Below, one piece after another: positions 10,783 to 22,502 of a stretch of DNA of 64,000 nt. Both the position numbers and the translations under genes were made by a program. The notes below the pieces were generated by a model. That model did no database searches. It worked only from the letters and a program-made list of their open reading frames with translations, and was not told where the DNA came from. The DNA comes from Oculina patagonica (taxonomy: Eukaryota), in NCBI RefSeq assembly GCF_052425735.1, contig NC_135758.1, positions 39,866,001-39,930,000 on the forward strand. Reading direction: 5' to 3'. The stretch's first letter is position 1; every line of letters starts with the position of its first letter.

Positions 10783-13700
10783 TTATGTTATAATATTCCT
10801 GGGGGATTTCCTGAGTCTGTAGTACATGTAAGCAGTAAAGCCAGATAAGGCGTACCTAAAAGGACGAAAGAAACAGAGAAACTATTAGATTTCTTACAAA
10901 GGTAAATTTGGCGGAAACAAGTGACAACGTTTCAGGAATTCTAGTAGCAGCATCCCTCTTCCTTTTTCCCCAGCTGATAAAAACTGAGAGCATAGTAAGT
11001 TAGTAGAGTAGGTCCCCTCTACTAAGTATGTATAAGTACTAAACGCACTAAAATAACTACACAGGCGCCTTCGTGGGGAGGAGTTAAACACGATCTCCCC
11101 TATGAAGAACGACTGCGTGGGAGGCTACACAGGCGCTTGGTATATGCAGTTCGTTGAAGCTATTTAAGGGGTGTGCATTGAAGATGCAGGAGACGGGACC
11201 TACGGTTTATCTTCCTTATCCGAGAAGACTAGAATATCTAACCATTTGCAGATGTCATTGCAAAGGCAGCACATTCTCCTCAGTTATTTTAAGTTACACA
11301 AATTTGAACAAGTCGGGCAGACTTTTTCAAACTCTGCCCTTGCGTCTTGGAAAATTGCTAAAAACTATTCACATGTTGCTCTTCCTTAAACGATTCCCTA
11401 AATATCTTCATCCTGGTGTTCTAGGTCCTTTTCTGTTAAGAGGGAAGAAACTGAGTCAAAATTTTAGGATCGTTTTGACCAAAAGTACATAAAATTACCG
11501 TGAATGTGCTCCGCTATTAGCGTTGTCCTGTTGTAACAGACGTATGATATGTTTAGTGCCTCAGACTAAATGTAAAGGTTTAAGTTTTTTCCAGACCAAC
11601 AGATCGGAAAAGTCAGGTAGCTCATAAGTGTCCGTGTAAAACGTGAACTCCACTTTCGGCTTAGACGCACACAATTCACGGGAATACCCCTGTGGCACCC
11701 ATATTCCATCCCAGGTAGCCAGTTACATTCCTCGGCAGAGGTATTGTGAGAGAAGAGTGTCTTGCCCAAAACTACAACATAAGTACCCAGCCAGCTGGCT
11801 TACACTGTAAACTTTGTAAAGATAAAATAGTTCAACCCCATACCATGTTATTATGTACTGAAGATGTTCGTTACGAAGATACACCCGAGTTTGGCCTCCT
11901 CTTGGTCCCCCAGGAACTGTACTGGCTGAAAGATAAAGAATTCACGTTGAAATTTATAGGACTGTGTTCAATGTGCCTATGTATAGAAATTACCGCTCAA
12001 ACTATTTAGTCTTCCAATTTTTGTTACGAATTCACGAACAAAAAGGACTCGAAGCCATCAAATTGCACTAAAAAGGTCGCTAATCAAAGTTTATTGTTTA
12101 AAAACATCCCGAAAAAAGAATTGCTTGAAAGGTGTTTGTAAACACGAAAGAGCCAGATAAAAAATCGTTTTCATCATTGCAAATCGTTATGAACTCTAAC
12201 TCAGTACTAATTTCTACTACTTGTTGGTAAAAAAAACCGTTTTTGAGAATTGGCCGCAGCTAATATAAGGGAATTCGTCAAAGAAAGCGCTTTCGTTTGT
12301 CCATTTCGCATCAAGTCTAACCGAAAACTTTTCTAGTACTTGTGTATTTAATTCATTTACTCCATGTCAAGCTACTGACGTTTAGGTTTCCTCTCTTGGT
12401 TTTGATTGGACCATGTGAACAAGGATTTTGTTTGACATTCTGGTTAGGTATTGTATTTCCAAAATCGCTTTCTTTGGGATTTCAGTCAGTTAAGCAAACT
12501 TAACTGGCGTGATCACTGGCAACTTAAAATTTCCCTTTTCGCAAGTGTACCAAAAACTGCTTGTTGATCATAATTTGCACGTTATTTGAAAGGGCTGATT
12601 CAGAAAGGGATTTATTTTAAAAGTTAATATATGTTATTTACCAGCATCAGCATCTACTAGAATCGGCAGGCAGCCTGTCACCTCTGCCATAGCATCCAAA
12701 TCCCGTGAAAACCAGTGGTTCTTGTCAGGATTATTTTTGGCCTGGAATGGCTGTCTCTGATGGCACAATATAGAAAATCCAACAGTCAACATCACCTTCA
12801 TTCTCATCCTCAAAGTGCAGTAGTAGTCACACACTAGTTACATAGTTGTGGGTGGGGTCTTGACTCAGTTGTTGGGGGGGGGGGGGGAGGAGTACTGCGA
12901 TACATATATGATGATTTTGGTCTCTGGGGAAGTCAAATTCTGGCAGGTATTATCCAGTGGAAGATTAAGCGGTGCTCAAAAGGGATTGGGTGGGAGAACA
13001 CTTGAAGATATGTTCTTTCTTGCTTAATAAATGAGGCCCATAGTGACATTACCCAGTAATGGGTGGGGAATGAACTATTTTCTGCTATTTGCTTTTTTTA
13101 TTTTTTTCAGGAAAGTGAGAGAAGAGAAAATCATCTAGATCCACTAATGCTACCTTTGGCATCAATTTTATAATTGATAAAGATTGTTTTATGATGCTGG
13201 ACTCATTATTAATATTGTATAATATTATATGCTAGACATGATCTTTGCAAAATATATCCATTTTTACTTATAAAGTTTTTTTGGTACTGGTTTTTTGTGG
13301 TAATATTTTTTGGTATATTTTTGTTAGATTACTGCTCTTTACACAATCTAGATGAAAAATAAAATTTGTAATAAAAAACCTTCTCTCCTTGTCTGATGAA
13401 GCCAACCATCTCTACCTCTCCTTTGATCTGCAAATTAATTTACAAATTAAAGTACAGTCAGTCTGTGGAACACTGTTTTAACCATTGGGGCATTAAAATT
13501 TGTGCTCATGACACTGGCTTCTACTATATCAAAGTCACAGCAATGCTACTGAAAATACAAAACTGAATTGCTTGACTTGTTAATTAGGGGGGGGACAGGG
13601 GGGTCTGAACCTCCCGCCTCCCGTACCTCTTACTCCCGCTTCCCGTACCTTTTACTCCTGCTTCCCGCCCCTTTCCGTAGTGGTGCCCTCCTCTTTGTCC

Positions 13701-15988
13701 CATATCAATTGCGAAATATAACAAAACATTGCGAAATTTTACTCATTTTCTCCCGGTTCCTGCTACCCTGGGAATCCCGCTTCCCACCCTCTCTTCTCCC
13801 GCTACTTGCCCCTTTTCTTCTGGTCTCCCGCCCCCCTGTCCGCCTCCACTTGTTACATGGTCCTGTGATCATTGTAGCTTTTTCCACCTCCTCCTTTCTT
13901 TTACATATTCCATCAGTTAAATTATAAAGGGAAAAGAGACTGGATTAACACCATTTACTTGGTAGATTTTAGGACAAATGTTTGTGGAAAATCAACACAA
14001 GAGCAAAATACTCCATACAGATTAATTAAATATTAACCTGTCCTTCCTGTCTTTTTTCTGGTTTGATTTTATCCTTTGGGACCCATCCCCTGTTGACGAA
14101 GATTCTTTGCCTGAATAAATCAAATAAAAAGATATATTTAAATATCAATTTTCCAATAAAATTACTTAAATTGTATGGAAACTTATTTAATCTACATTAC
14201 ACAACTGGTTAGCAAAAACAAAATGTGCAGCTAAATACTCTCCTATACTAGGGAAGCAGGGGAGTAGGGGTGGTGCAGTGGTAAGAGCGCTTTTCTACCA
14301 CAATAATTATTGTGACCTAAGTTCAAATCCTGGACCTGGCCTCATATGTGAGTTGAGTTTGTTTTTGGTTTTTGTCCTTGCTCCAAGAGTTTCCTTTAGG
14401 TTCTCCAGATTTTCTCTCTCCGCAAAAACCAACACTTCCAAATTCCAATACTGAATCTTTGATGCATGTACACTTTCTAATGAGCTCCTGAGAGCTCTTC
14501 CATGTTATGTGGGTAAATAAATTCTCCCTCTATCCTAGGTCTCCTCTGGGAGAATAGGGCCATTGCTAAATAAATTACATAATTATGTTATATTATGTTT
14601 GTTGCTTTTTTTTACAAATTATAATACTTGTTTACTACACCTTACCCTGTGCTAGTGATTTCAAATGGTGTGATGATATGTCCACCAGATTTTGGCTGCC
14701 TTCCCATGCCCCCTCCACCATGTGGGCCTTCATTTAGTGATCTTGGAAATACATGGATTTCCTCTGAATGATTAAATCTTCCTCGCAATATGATACGTCG
14801 ATACTCCAGATCTTTTGACTTCATTTCATCAATGCTATAAGAAAGGAAAGGGAGTAGTAAGAGCTGTAAGTAGATTCTCTCCAACATGAAAAATACTCCT
14901 AAGTGTAACCGAAAAGAATAGAGATGCCTTAACATTAAGCACATTGACCATAAGATATCACATTTTATAGTTAGCTTGTCGTCATAAGAGAAGGATTTTA
15001 ACCAAAAAATTTCACAGTGTTTCGCTATTTGAAAGAAAAGATTAAGTCTTTATTAGGCCAAGGAAATCGATGACACCAGAGCTTCTACCAAGTTTCTGTA
15101 GCGTAAGTGACCACCATTCAATTCTACTCCTTCCTGGAAGGGATGCTAGTCCATCGTAGGGTTACCACCTGATAATAAATTTACTAGACAGTACTCATTT
15201 ATGCACCTGGGCGGAGAAAGGTACTGTGAGAGTTAAGTGTCTTGCCCAAAAATGCATTGCTTATGAACCCATAATGCTAATCCAGATTCCAGCACACTAA
15301 CCATAAGCCACTTAATCTCCAACTCTTTATTAGGAAGAGGCATTTTTAAATACGGAATGATCACCTTCCTTTTTTAGTTCTAACAACATGATAACAATAC
15401 TTGTTATTATCAAAGAAATTTACTTTTCTGGAAGATTTAGAACTGGGGCAGTTGTTCTTGCTTCAAGTTCTTTGATTAAGCCTTTCTTCCATTGCAGCCT
15501 ATAGATCTGCCATGTTCCAAGACCAAATGTTGATACAGGAATAATCAGCAAAAAATAGTGCATTTTGGATTCCTTTGCTGCTGATCTTGCTGTTGACATT
15601 GAGCAGGACTTTAGAATGTGATGAAGTACTATTTGGAAGACAAATAATTATCAACAATTAACCCTAGTGTTATGTAATCGATAACATGAATTAATCGTGA
15701 CTAAAAAACTTATGATTGCATCCCTGTACCATATAAATCAAATTAGGAGGAGTCATATTGATGATCTGGGGTTTAATACATAAATTGAAACATTGCATCA
15801 TCCATCAACCAAGAGTCAAGTTTTTTTTAACAAAGACACCGTTTTCTTAAACAATATTCCAGTGTGTAGATTTCGTGAACCTTTTGCTTTACTAGGCTTT
15901 GCTAAGTCAATGTTGTTTAAGTACCTTTGTTCCTTCCAGGTGAAGCAAGCAGCTGACTGCATCTGTTAATGATTCTAGCAAACGCCAT
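10783..15988 (-). CDS. SURF1: Surfeit locus protein 1 (cytochrome c oxidase assembly), 8 coding exons, ~282 aa
   Basis: Exons 15988-15925, 15628-15424, 14834-14646, 14110-14038, 13427-13380, 12756-12642, 11925-11844, 10855-10783 (849 nt). Motifs [45 protein letters not shown] probable non-coding first exon ends at the donor near 16142. Confidence 0.95.
13585..13847. mobile_element. G-rich-terminus MITE with CTCCCG subterminal repeats
   Basis: GGGGGGACAGGGGGG at the left end, CCCCCCTGTCC at the right end, many CTCCCG units. Confidence 0.6.
14260..14520 (+). mobile_element. tRNA-derived SINE (family A)
   Basis: A-box-like GGTGCAGTGGT and B-box-like GTTCAAATCC. Reverse copy of the same family at ~42110-42370. 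Confidence 0.7.
15095..15312 (-). mobile_element. tRNA-derived SINE (family B), degenerate
   Basis: Similar to the reverse complement of 19095-19385 (GTGTCTTGCCCAA, GCTAGTCCATC, GGGTTACC). Confidence 0.65.
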
Positions 15989-16142
15989 ATCTGGGCTGGG
16001 GTAGTTTACAAAACCTACATGAAAATAAATGACTTGTCAACAATGAAACAAATCATGCAAATCTTCCAGAGCACAACGGTGATTTAGAGGCTTCAGGAAG
16101 AAAAAAGTAGATTATCGAAGTGTAAACAAGAGTAAATCTTAC

Positions 16143-16296
16143 TTTTCACAAAAACAAATCAGTCTCTGAGTCTGTCTTCCGTTTGTTAATGTACAATTTC
16201 CGCCAGGCGTTCCACTATTCACCCAGTTCCAGTCCTTTCCAACTCTCTTTGAGCCTGCAATCCTAACCGGATTACACCCAAATCAAAGATGGCGGC
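16143..16296. promoter_or_regulatory. Bidirectional promoter SURF1/PFDN6 with YY1-type motif
   Basis: SURF1 ATG at 15988 (-) and PFDN6 ATG at 16289 (+). AAGATGGCGGC at 16286-16296. Minus-strand donor GTAAGA starting at 16142. Confidence 0.6.
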
Positions 16297-19200
16297 CAAC
16301 ATCGAGAAAATTCAGCAGCAAATGCAGACAGAATTGGAGAAGTTTAAAGCCATTCAAAAAGGTAATTTGCAACTAATATGGCACTTGGACGGATTTTGTG
16401 CAACTTTCTTTGCAAATATATGGTTTTGGACCATGAGGTTGTTCAATGGTTTGGAACAGAACGAGAAGTTCAACTGAAGAATTTTCGTTATCAGAATTTT
16501 GTGAGATTGGGAAGAAACAAAATCCTACTCCGACAATATCTGTTTTAAATATTACGATAATTAATTAATGGCTTCGAAAACATGTTTGTACAGCTGATAC
16601 ATCAGTCTACCCTGCTCATCCCACACCTATCATACCTGTGTTCATAGCATACCCTCACCCTAGCCTCATGGGGCTTTTGACTTTGACAACCTGTCAGGTT
16701 TTTGCATTAGGGCGTTTCATCTACTACCAATGGTCACCATCACTGTTTTTGACGACACAAAAATGTGAAATGTCCTGTTAACAGGTACCCGTGGGACCAG
16801 GAAATGTATCCACTTAATAATGGCGTCCACTTGTGGAGGTTTACAATTTATTGATGTTATACGGCGAACAATAAATGCGAGCTTGCCCTTCATTTTGTTT
16901 TCTTTTTACCAAATTCTAAAATTTCTCCGTTTTAAAAATAGGGAAGAAATCCCGCATTCACAAGAAACACAAAACTACTTATTTCCGTGTATGAATGCCA
17001 AACGGCAGACGGCAGAAGTTGAATTTTTGCTTGATCTCTATATTGTTTGGATGTTGCTGGGACCACGGCTAAGTGCCCACTTACAATCAGAACAGGGGAT
17101 GGGAGAAAGCAGGGCTGTGCTCTAAGGGTGCCCGGGTGCCTCAGGCGACTAACTTTTGTCCTTGGGCGACCAGATAATCTTATTTCTTTCATATAAGCCT
17201 TATGCTAGGCACCCTGGATCTCATAGCTTGGAACCTTTGGGCTCCTTGTAATTTTTCTTAGAGCACAGCCTTGGAAAGCAGGAGGGATGATGGAGGGAAG
17301 AGATGAACAGGATTGAAATAAACCCATGTGTTTAATTACCTCAGGCTACATTGTTTTTGACTTTCACTCCAAAGTCAGTACATAGAGAGGCAATGGATGG
17401 TAAAAATATTTTTAGGTTCTTTTATAAACATGCATTTCTCTTCTTTCAGACATGCAGAAATTGGTTGGTACAAGACAGCAGCTAGATGCTCAGTTGAATG
17501 AGAATAAAGTTGTACAAGAGGTAAGCTATCTTGAACTAGTTGTTTCTGTTTACACTGTCATCAACTTAGAATTTAAAAGCTTGGTCTAGTTCTTCAAAGT
17601 AGGATTAAGCAACATGTATCCTAGGATCGTTGTCAACTGTTGAATACAAGTAATTATTTTATGTGAACAATAAAAAAAATAGGTTGAAACATTAGTGCTT
17701 CACTTTATGTCATAACTATTATAGTTATTATAAAATTGTAACTGTTACTAAACTGTGTAGTAAGAAAATGTATTATTTTTATCTTGCTTTACTTGTAAAC
17801 TGTATCAGCATAAGTTGGCTTTCAAACAACTAGGGCCTTACTTTTTTTTGAGATGTTAATTCATTCTCTGATATAAAGTCAGGTTTTCAAAATAAAGGAA
17901 ATATCAGGAAAATTAAGTACTGCAGGAAAAACGGTGACTTCTTGTAACCACCCATCTTGAGGGGGGTCAATAGGGGATACAAATCCATTATTCTGTGCTA
18001 TGCTTTGGCTCACAGCATTGAACTGTCAGGATTTTTTTTTATTCAGATCTGGATCAACATTACTTGAAAAAATCAATTTACAACTCCAGTAACCAGGTCA
18101 AAACTGACTTCCTTTATTTTGTGTTTCAGGAACTAGATGTAATAGAACCCGATGGGAATGTTTATAAACTCATAGGACCTGTTCTAGTTAAACAAGATTT
18201 GGAGGAAGCCAGGCAGACTGTTGCAAAAAGGATAGAGTACATCAATGCAGAAATGTAAGCAGTAACAACTTTGTAATTTAATTTCTTATTTCAGTTTTTA
18301 CAGACCATGGTTACAAGACTTAGCTCTCATTGACAGTTCTGTACCTTTTTTGTCCTCTCTTGATTTGTGCTGTGTCTGACATTTGCAGACTGCCGACTAA
18401 GTTAATATATCATGTTACCATTACCATTATTGAGAGCTAATCATAAGCAGGCCTACCGAAGTGCTATTCAGGCTAACCGGAGTGAATAGTAGGCTAACCG
18501 GAGTGAAAGTCTGCAAGTCTGCAGTTTGCAAATGTCAGACAGCATGATTGGTGCCATTCAATATTTTTTGTAGCTTGTGGTGCAATATTGGTTCTTGGGT
18601 CACTGATGACTCTATCAGTTGCAAGGAACATGGAAAATTTTGTTCCCCTTCCCGCTTGATGTTTTAGCCTCACTGAATCCCTTGGCCTAAAATTTGTGAC
18701 TTGTCCTGATGCAGCTTCTTAGGGCAGGAAAAAAAAAAAACAGGTCTTAGAGCCTGGGGCAAGTACATTTTGCTTTTAGTGGGCAAGTGAAATTAACCTC
18801 AGTAATCTTGTGAGTCTGAGTGATGACAAGAAATATTCAAGTGGGGGCAAATAGAACTTGAAATTTACTGGCCCACTGTGCAAGTCCATTAATTACTTTC
18901 CAGCCCTGCTTCTATTTACCAATTTCCATAGTTTGTTTTTACGTGCGTCTCGAGAATTTGATATTTCCCATCTAGACAATTTCTCCTAGTTTATTATTTT
19001 CGTTCTTCTTGTCACATTCTTCTTAAAATATTTCTGACACTTCTTGACATTTATTCGACAATGTCAATCCCATTTCTATCACCTGTCTGAGTGAAAGGTG
19101 CAGTGGCCTAATGGTTAGTGTGCTGGACTCTGGATCGAGCAGTCTGAGTTTAGCCCTGGCCGGGGTCATTGTGTTGTGTTCTTGGGCAAGAAATTTTACT

Positions 19201-19721
19201 CTCACAGTGCCTCCCTTCACCAAGGTGTATAAAAGGTGAAGTAGTAAAAAAAATGCTTAGGGTAACCCAGCCATGGACTAGCATCCCATCCAGGGGGAGT
19301 AGAAATACTCCTAGTCACTTCATGCTACGGAAACCGGGATAACATCTGGCCTGATAGGCCACTAGGCTCGTATGCAGACTTTACCTGTTTTACCTGTGTG
19401 ATAGGGATTGATATGACCGGGCATAGCTACGAACTATGGACCGAGGGAAGTCAAATTTTGACTACTCTTTACGAATGATCAGTTAAACTAAGAATACAAC
19501 CGTTTTGGGGTCATCTCGTGAAGATTGACGCGCGAAAAGCTTGCGTAACAACTCCGGGAATCATCACAAAGGAGGCTAATTCCATCCCTGTTCTTTTCAG
19601 AAAAAGAAACGACGCCGGCATCAAAGATGTCGAAAAGAAGCGAGGTGCCAGCCAGGAGATACTCACCAAACTACAGCAGCAATACCAACAGTTCCTTACC
19701 AAGGCTGCGGCTAAAGCATAA
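16289..19721 (+). CDS. PFDN6: Prefoldin subunit 6 (KE2), 4 exons, ~129 aa
   Basis: Exons 16289-16361, 17450-17520, 18130-18254, 19601-19721 (390 nt). RQQLDAQLNENKVVQEELD...VYKLIGPVLVKQDLEEARQTVAKRIEYINAEIKR. Confidence 0.95.
17110..17273. mobile_element. CAGGG-terminus MITE, 5-bp TSD
   Basis: CAGGGCTGTGCTCTAAG...CTTAGAGCACAGCCTTG; GAAAG on both flanks. Confidence 0.8.
18369..18544. mobile_element. MITE with TGTCTGACATTTGCA inverted ends and AGGCTAACC repeats
   Basis: Inverted termini. Internal repeats resemble the reverse complement of the GGTTAGCCT repeats at ~660-760. Confidence 0.6.
18720..18908. mobile_element. YAGGG-terminus MITE, 5-bp TSD
   Basis: TAGGGC...GCCCTG, internal GGGCAAGT repeats, CTTCT on both flanks. 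Confidence 0.7.
19095..19385 (+). mobile_element. tRNA-derived SINE (family B), near full length
   Basis: GTGGCCTAATGGTTAGTG A-box head, degenerate B-box, TTTACC-type tail, several homologous copies in the window. Confidence 0.75.
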
Positions 19722-22502
19722 TGGACTGATTAGAACTTTTATATTTGTATTTATTTCAAATAAGCGAAACTGCGAGACTCAAAGACATTAATAGTTGTCT
19801 TATAAATGGCGTCTTTTTTGTTGACGGTCTAACACTCTAAATGTCAGCGCTTCTTTTACAATGCACATAATTTTCTTCCGAATAGCTCTTCCAAAAAATA
19901 TGTGTTCTGCCTTTTGGATATGTCGATTTTATGATTTAAATTCTCGTGGAACAGTCAGTTTGCTTGTGTGTTGTAAATGATAGTAGTAACTTTTTAAGTA
20001 CTTCATTCATTTGCAACACGCAGAACTTCTTTATAAATGGAAGCTACAACTCACGAAAGAAATAAAACTGAGTGATACCAATGAAAGGTTTCGTCATATT
20101 GAAAGATAGCGTAGCGCTTAGGTGATATACAAGACGACAAATAAAAAAAAGGCTCTGTCTTCTGTACTCAAAGCTGTTGAATTCTTGTTCCCATGGCGCC
20201 GCGATAAGCGACGCGTCCATTGTTGCGTTTTTGCTACTACCTCTTCGCGCCGTCAAATGTGACTTCTGCAAAATCATTGCCAAATAATTTTCCCCAATTC
20301 AAATTTTGGAAGAATTGTGTTTGGCTTAAAAGGCGTCAAAAACTAAAAAGCAAAACGTACTTGATCAAGTGTAAGCTTAAGTTTCTTGTAATAAGTCAAA
20401 TTTGACGTACAAAGCAAAGGCAAGCGTGCGGGCAGATTTGTCGTTGTTGTTGCGCCCTTACTCGTGATTTCCGCTTAGAGCACCTCTGAAATGGCTAACA
20501 AAAGCATTTGTAGAGATATTTTGAAGAACATTGAAAAACTAAAAAAACAATGATTATAACAGGAAAAGCCGGTTAAGCGGAGAAAAACAGCGCCGAGAAT
20601 CTATTGATAGGCTCCGAAACCAGTCCTTGAAAAAAAGACTGTTTCGAACAGCGCGATGCTCAAAAATTCACAAATACATGATGTCAGGGAAATTTATCAA
20701 TTAATTTATTCATGTCGGTGAATTGCACTTTACAAGAATAAAGATCTCTAAAAGACTACGCCTTGGTCACAAGAAAGAAGTAATTTCCTGTTGTTCAAGC
20801 GTGGGACAAAGAAAAACTCTGAGTCCCCGACGAGAATCGAATCCATAATCCTCGATTTTGCATTGGTCGGATGCTCAGCCGAAGACTTGTGGCTAGCTGT
20901 AAGCCGTCTGTTCTTGGCTCACAACTGACACGCGTCCTGTATACTGCTAGGATCGCGTATGTGAAAAGCGTCATTTCATTTATCGAGCTTAAAATTTCTA
21001 TCTTCATTTTTCCATATCAGTTAACCATAGGTCGTTCAAAATTCCTTCGGTCCATTCGAGAACACCGCGCTTTTTTAAACGTCTCGTTGAACTTCATTGG
21101 ACATGTTGCGGGACGAAGTAAAAAAGACTTTTTTAAATATGTTTGCATCTGCGCTACAATTTACAGTCGAACTTTTTAATTGCGAAGGAACAAGCTGATT
21201 TCGTTAGATTTACAAAACAATACATGTAGAAGACGCTTTAGCATGGCAGCCAAATCGGGTGGAATTATGCAATTTCAAAAGACTCGAAACTACTTAACGT
21301 GAAAAGGAAATGATGAAAACGCATAAGAATTGGGCGGAGAACAATTTATTTCCCTTGGGTGGAGCTCAAAGCACTGCTACATTTCACACATACAAGAGGT
21401 GAGAAAAGCCTTTTTATTGTGATTTCTATGAAAATAATGGTTTGCAAGCATAAACTTGCCTGACAAATCCAACTCGTGCGCTTAAAAACATAAATGACTT
21501 CGGTGCGACATTTCGCAGGTTGTTGCATTCTCATTTTTAGTTTTTAGTTTTACACTGTTACATCAGTGTAAAAATTTAAAAAGGGACTTTCGAGAACCTC
21601 AAAAGAATAATTTGAGAAGAACATTCAGGAAACAGCCAAGCACGTCTTTTAATTAATCTTCGCCAAATCGGACAAATTTTGACTCAATCGCCATTTCAAG
21701 CCTTTCTGTAGCATTCATCAAACGGCAAGAAGCCATTGTTCCATAAAAATCAGTTATGGCCAGACAGCTTACAGTTTGTTTGGTATAAATTCACGGGTCA
21801 TATTGCTCATTTGATTTTACTGACTCCGTTTTGCGTAGCTGTAGAAACTCCAAAAAATGGCCAAAAAAAGACTTTTTGAAAACTTTTTTTTCTAAGTTGT
21901 AGTGAATACTTATGATCAAACACAAGTGATTAAAATTCCCGGTTAAAATCCTTTATGGAAATTATTTAGTCGGATAATTTTCAATAAACAATCTTATTTC
22001 CGGTCTTATTACATAAAGTATTTACTTGGAAATCGGAAGTTTCGAGTTAAATAATCTTTCAAAAACGCTTTCAAGTTCACAGCGCGCGAATCTAACTCAG
22101 CTTTTTTTATCATAAAATAACGATTTGCTTCGAAATCAGACCGGGTTTGCATTATCAAACATTATAACCATTTTCAATGACTTTTAAAAAGAAATGACAA
22201 ACAAAAGAATTAAGGTGTAAACACTAAAGAAATTCACAGATCAACGGAAGCAACACGCACAAAAGAGTTGCTTACGCTCCTAATTAGCTAAATCTTAGGT
22301 GCGAGTAATTTCTTTTTGAATGGACGCGTCCAAATAAAAAGCAATTAAAGTAAAACATCTTATTGTGTTGAACAGCTATTTAAGTTGGACGATCTTTGCA
22401 TGGCCAGTTTCAGTCCAGATCATACGCTCAAGCAGATCACTAGCGACAAGTTGGTCATTTACTGTGGAAAGTTTTCTTCGCTCGCTTTGAAAATTCTCAG
22501 AA

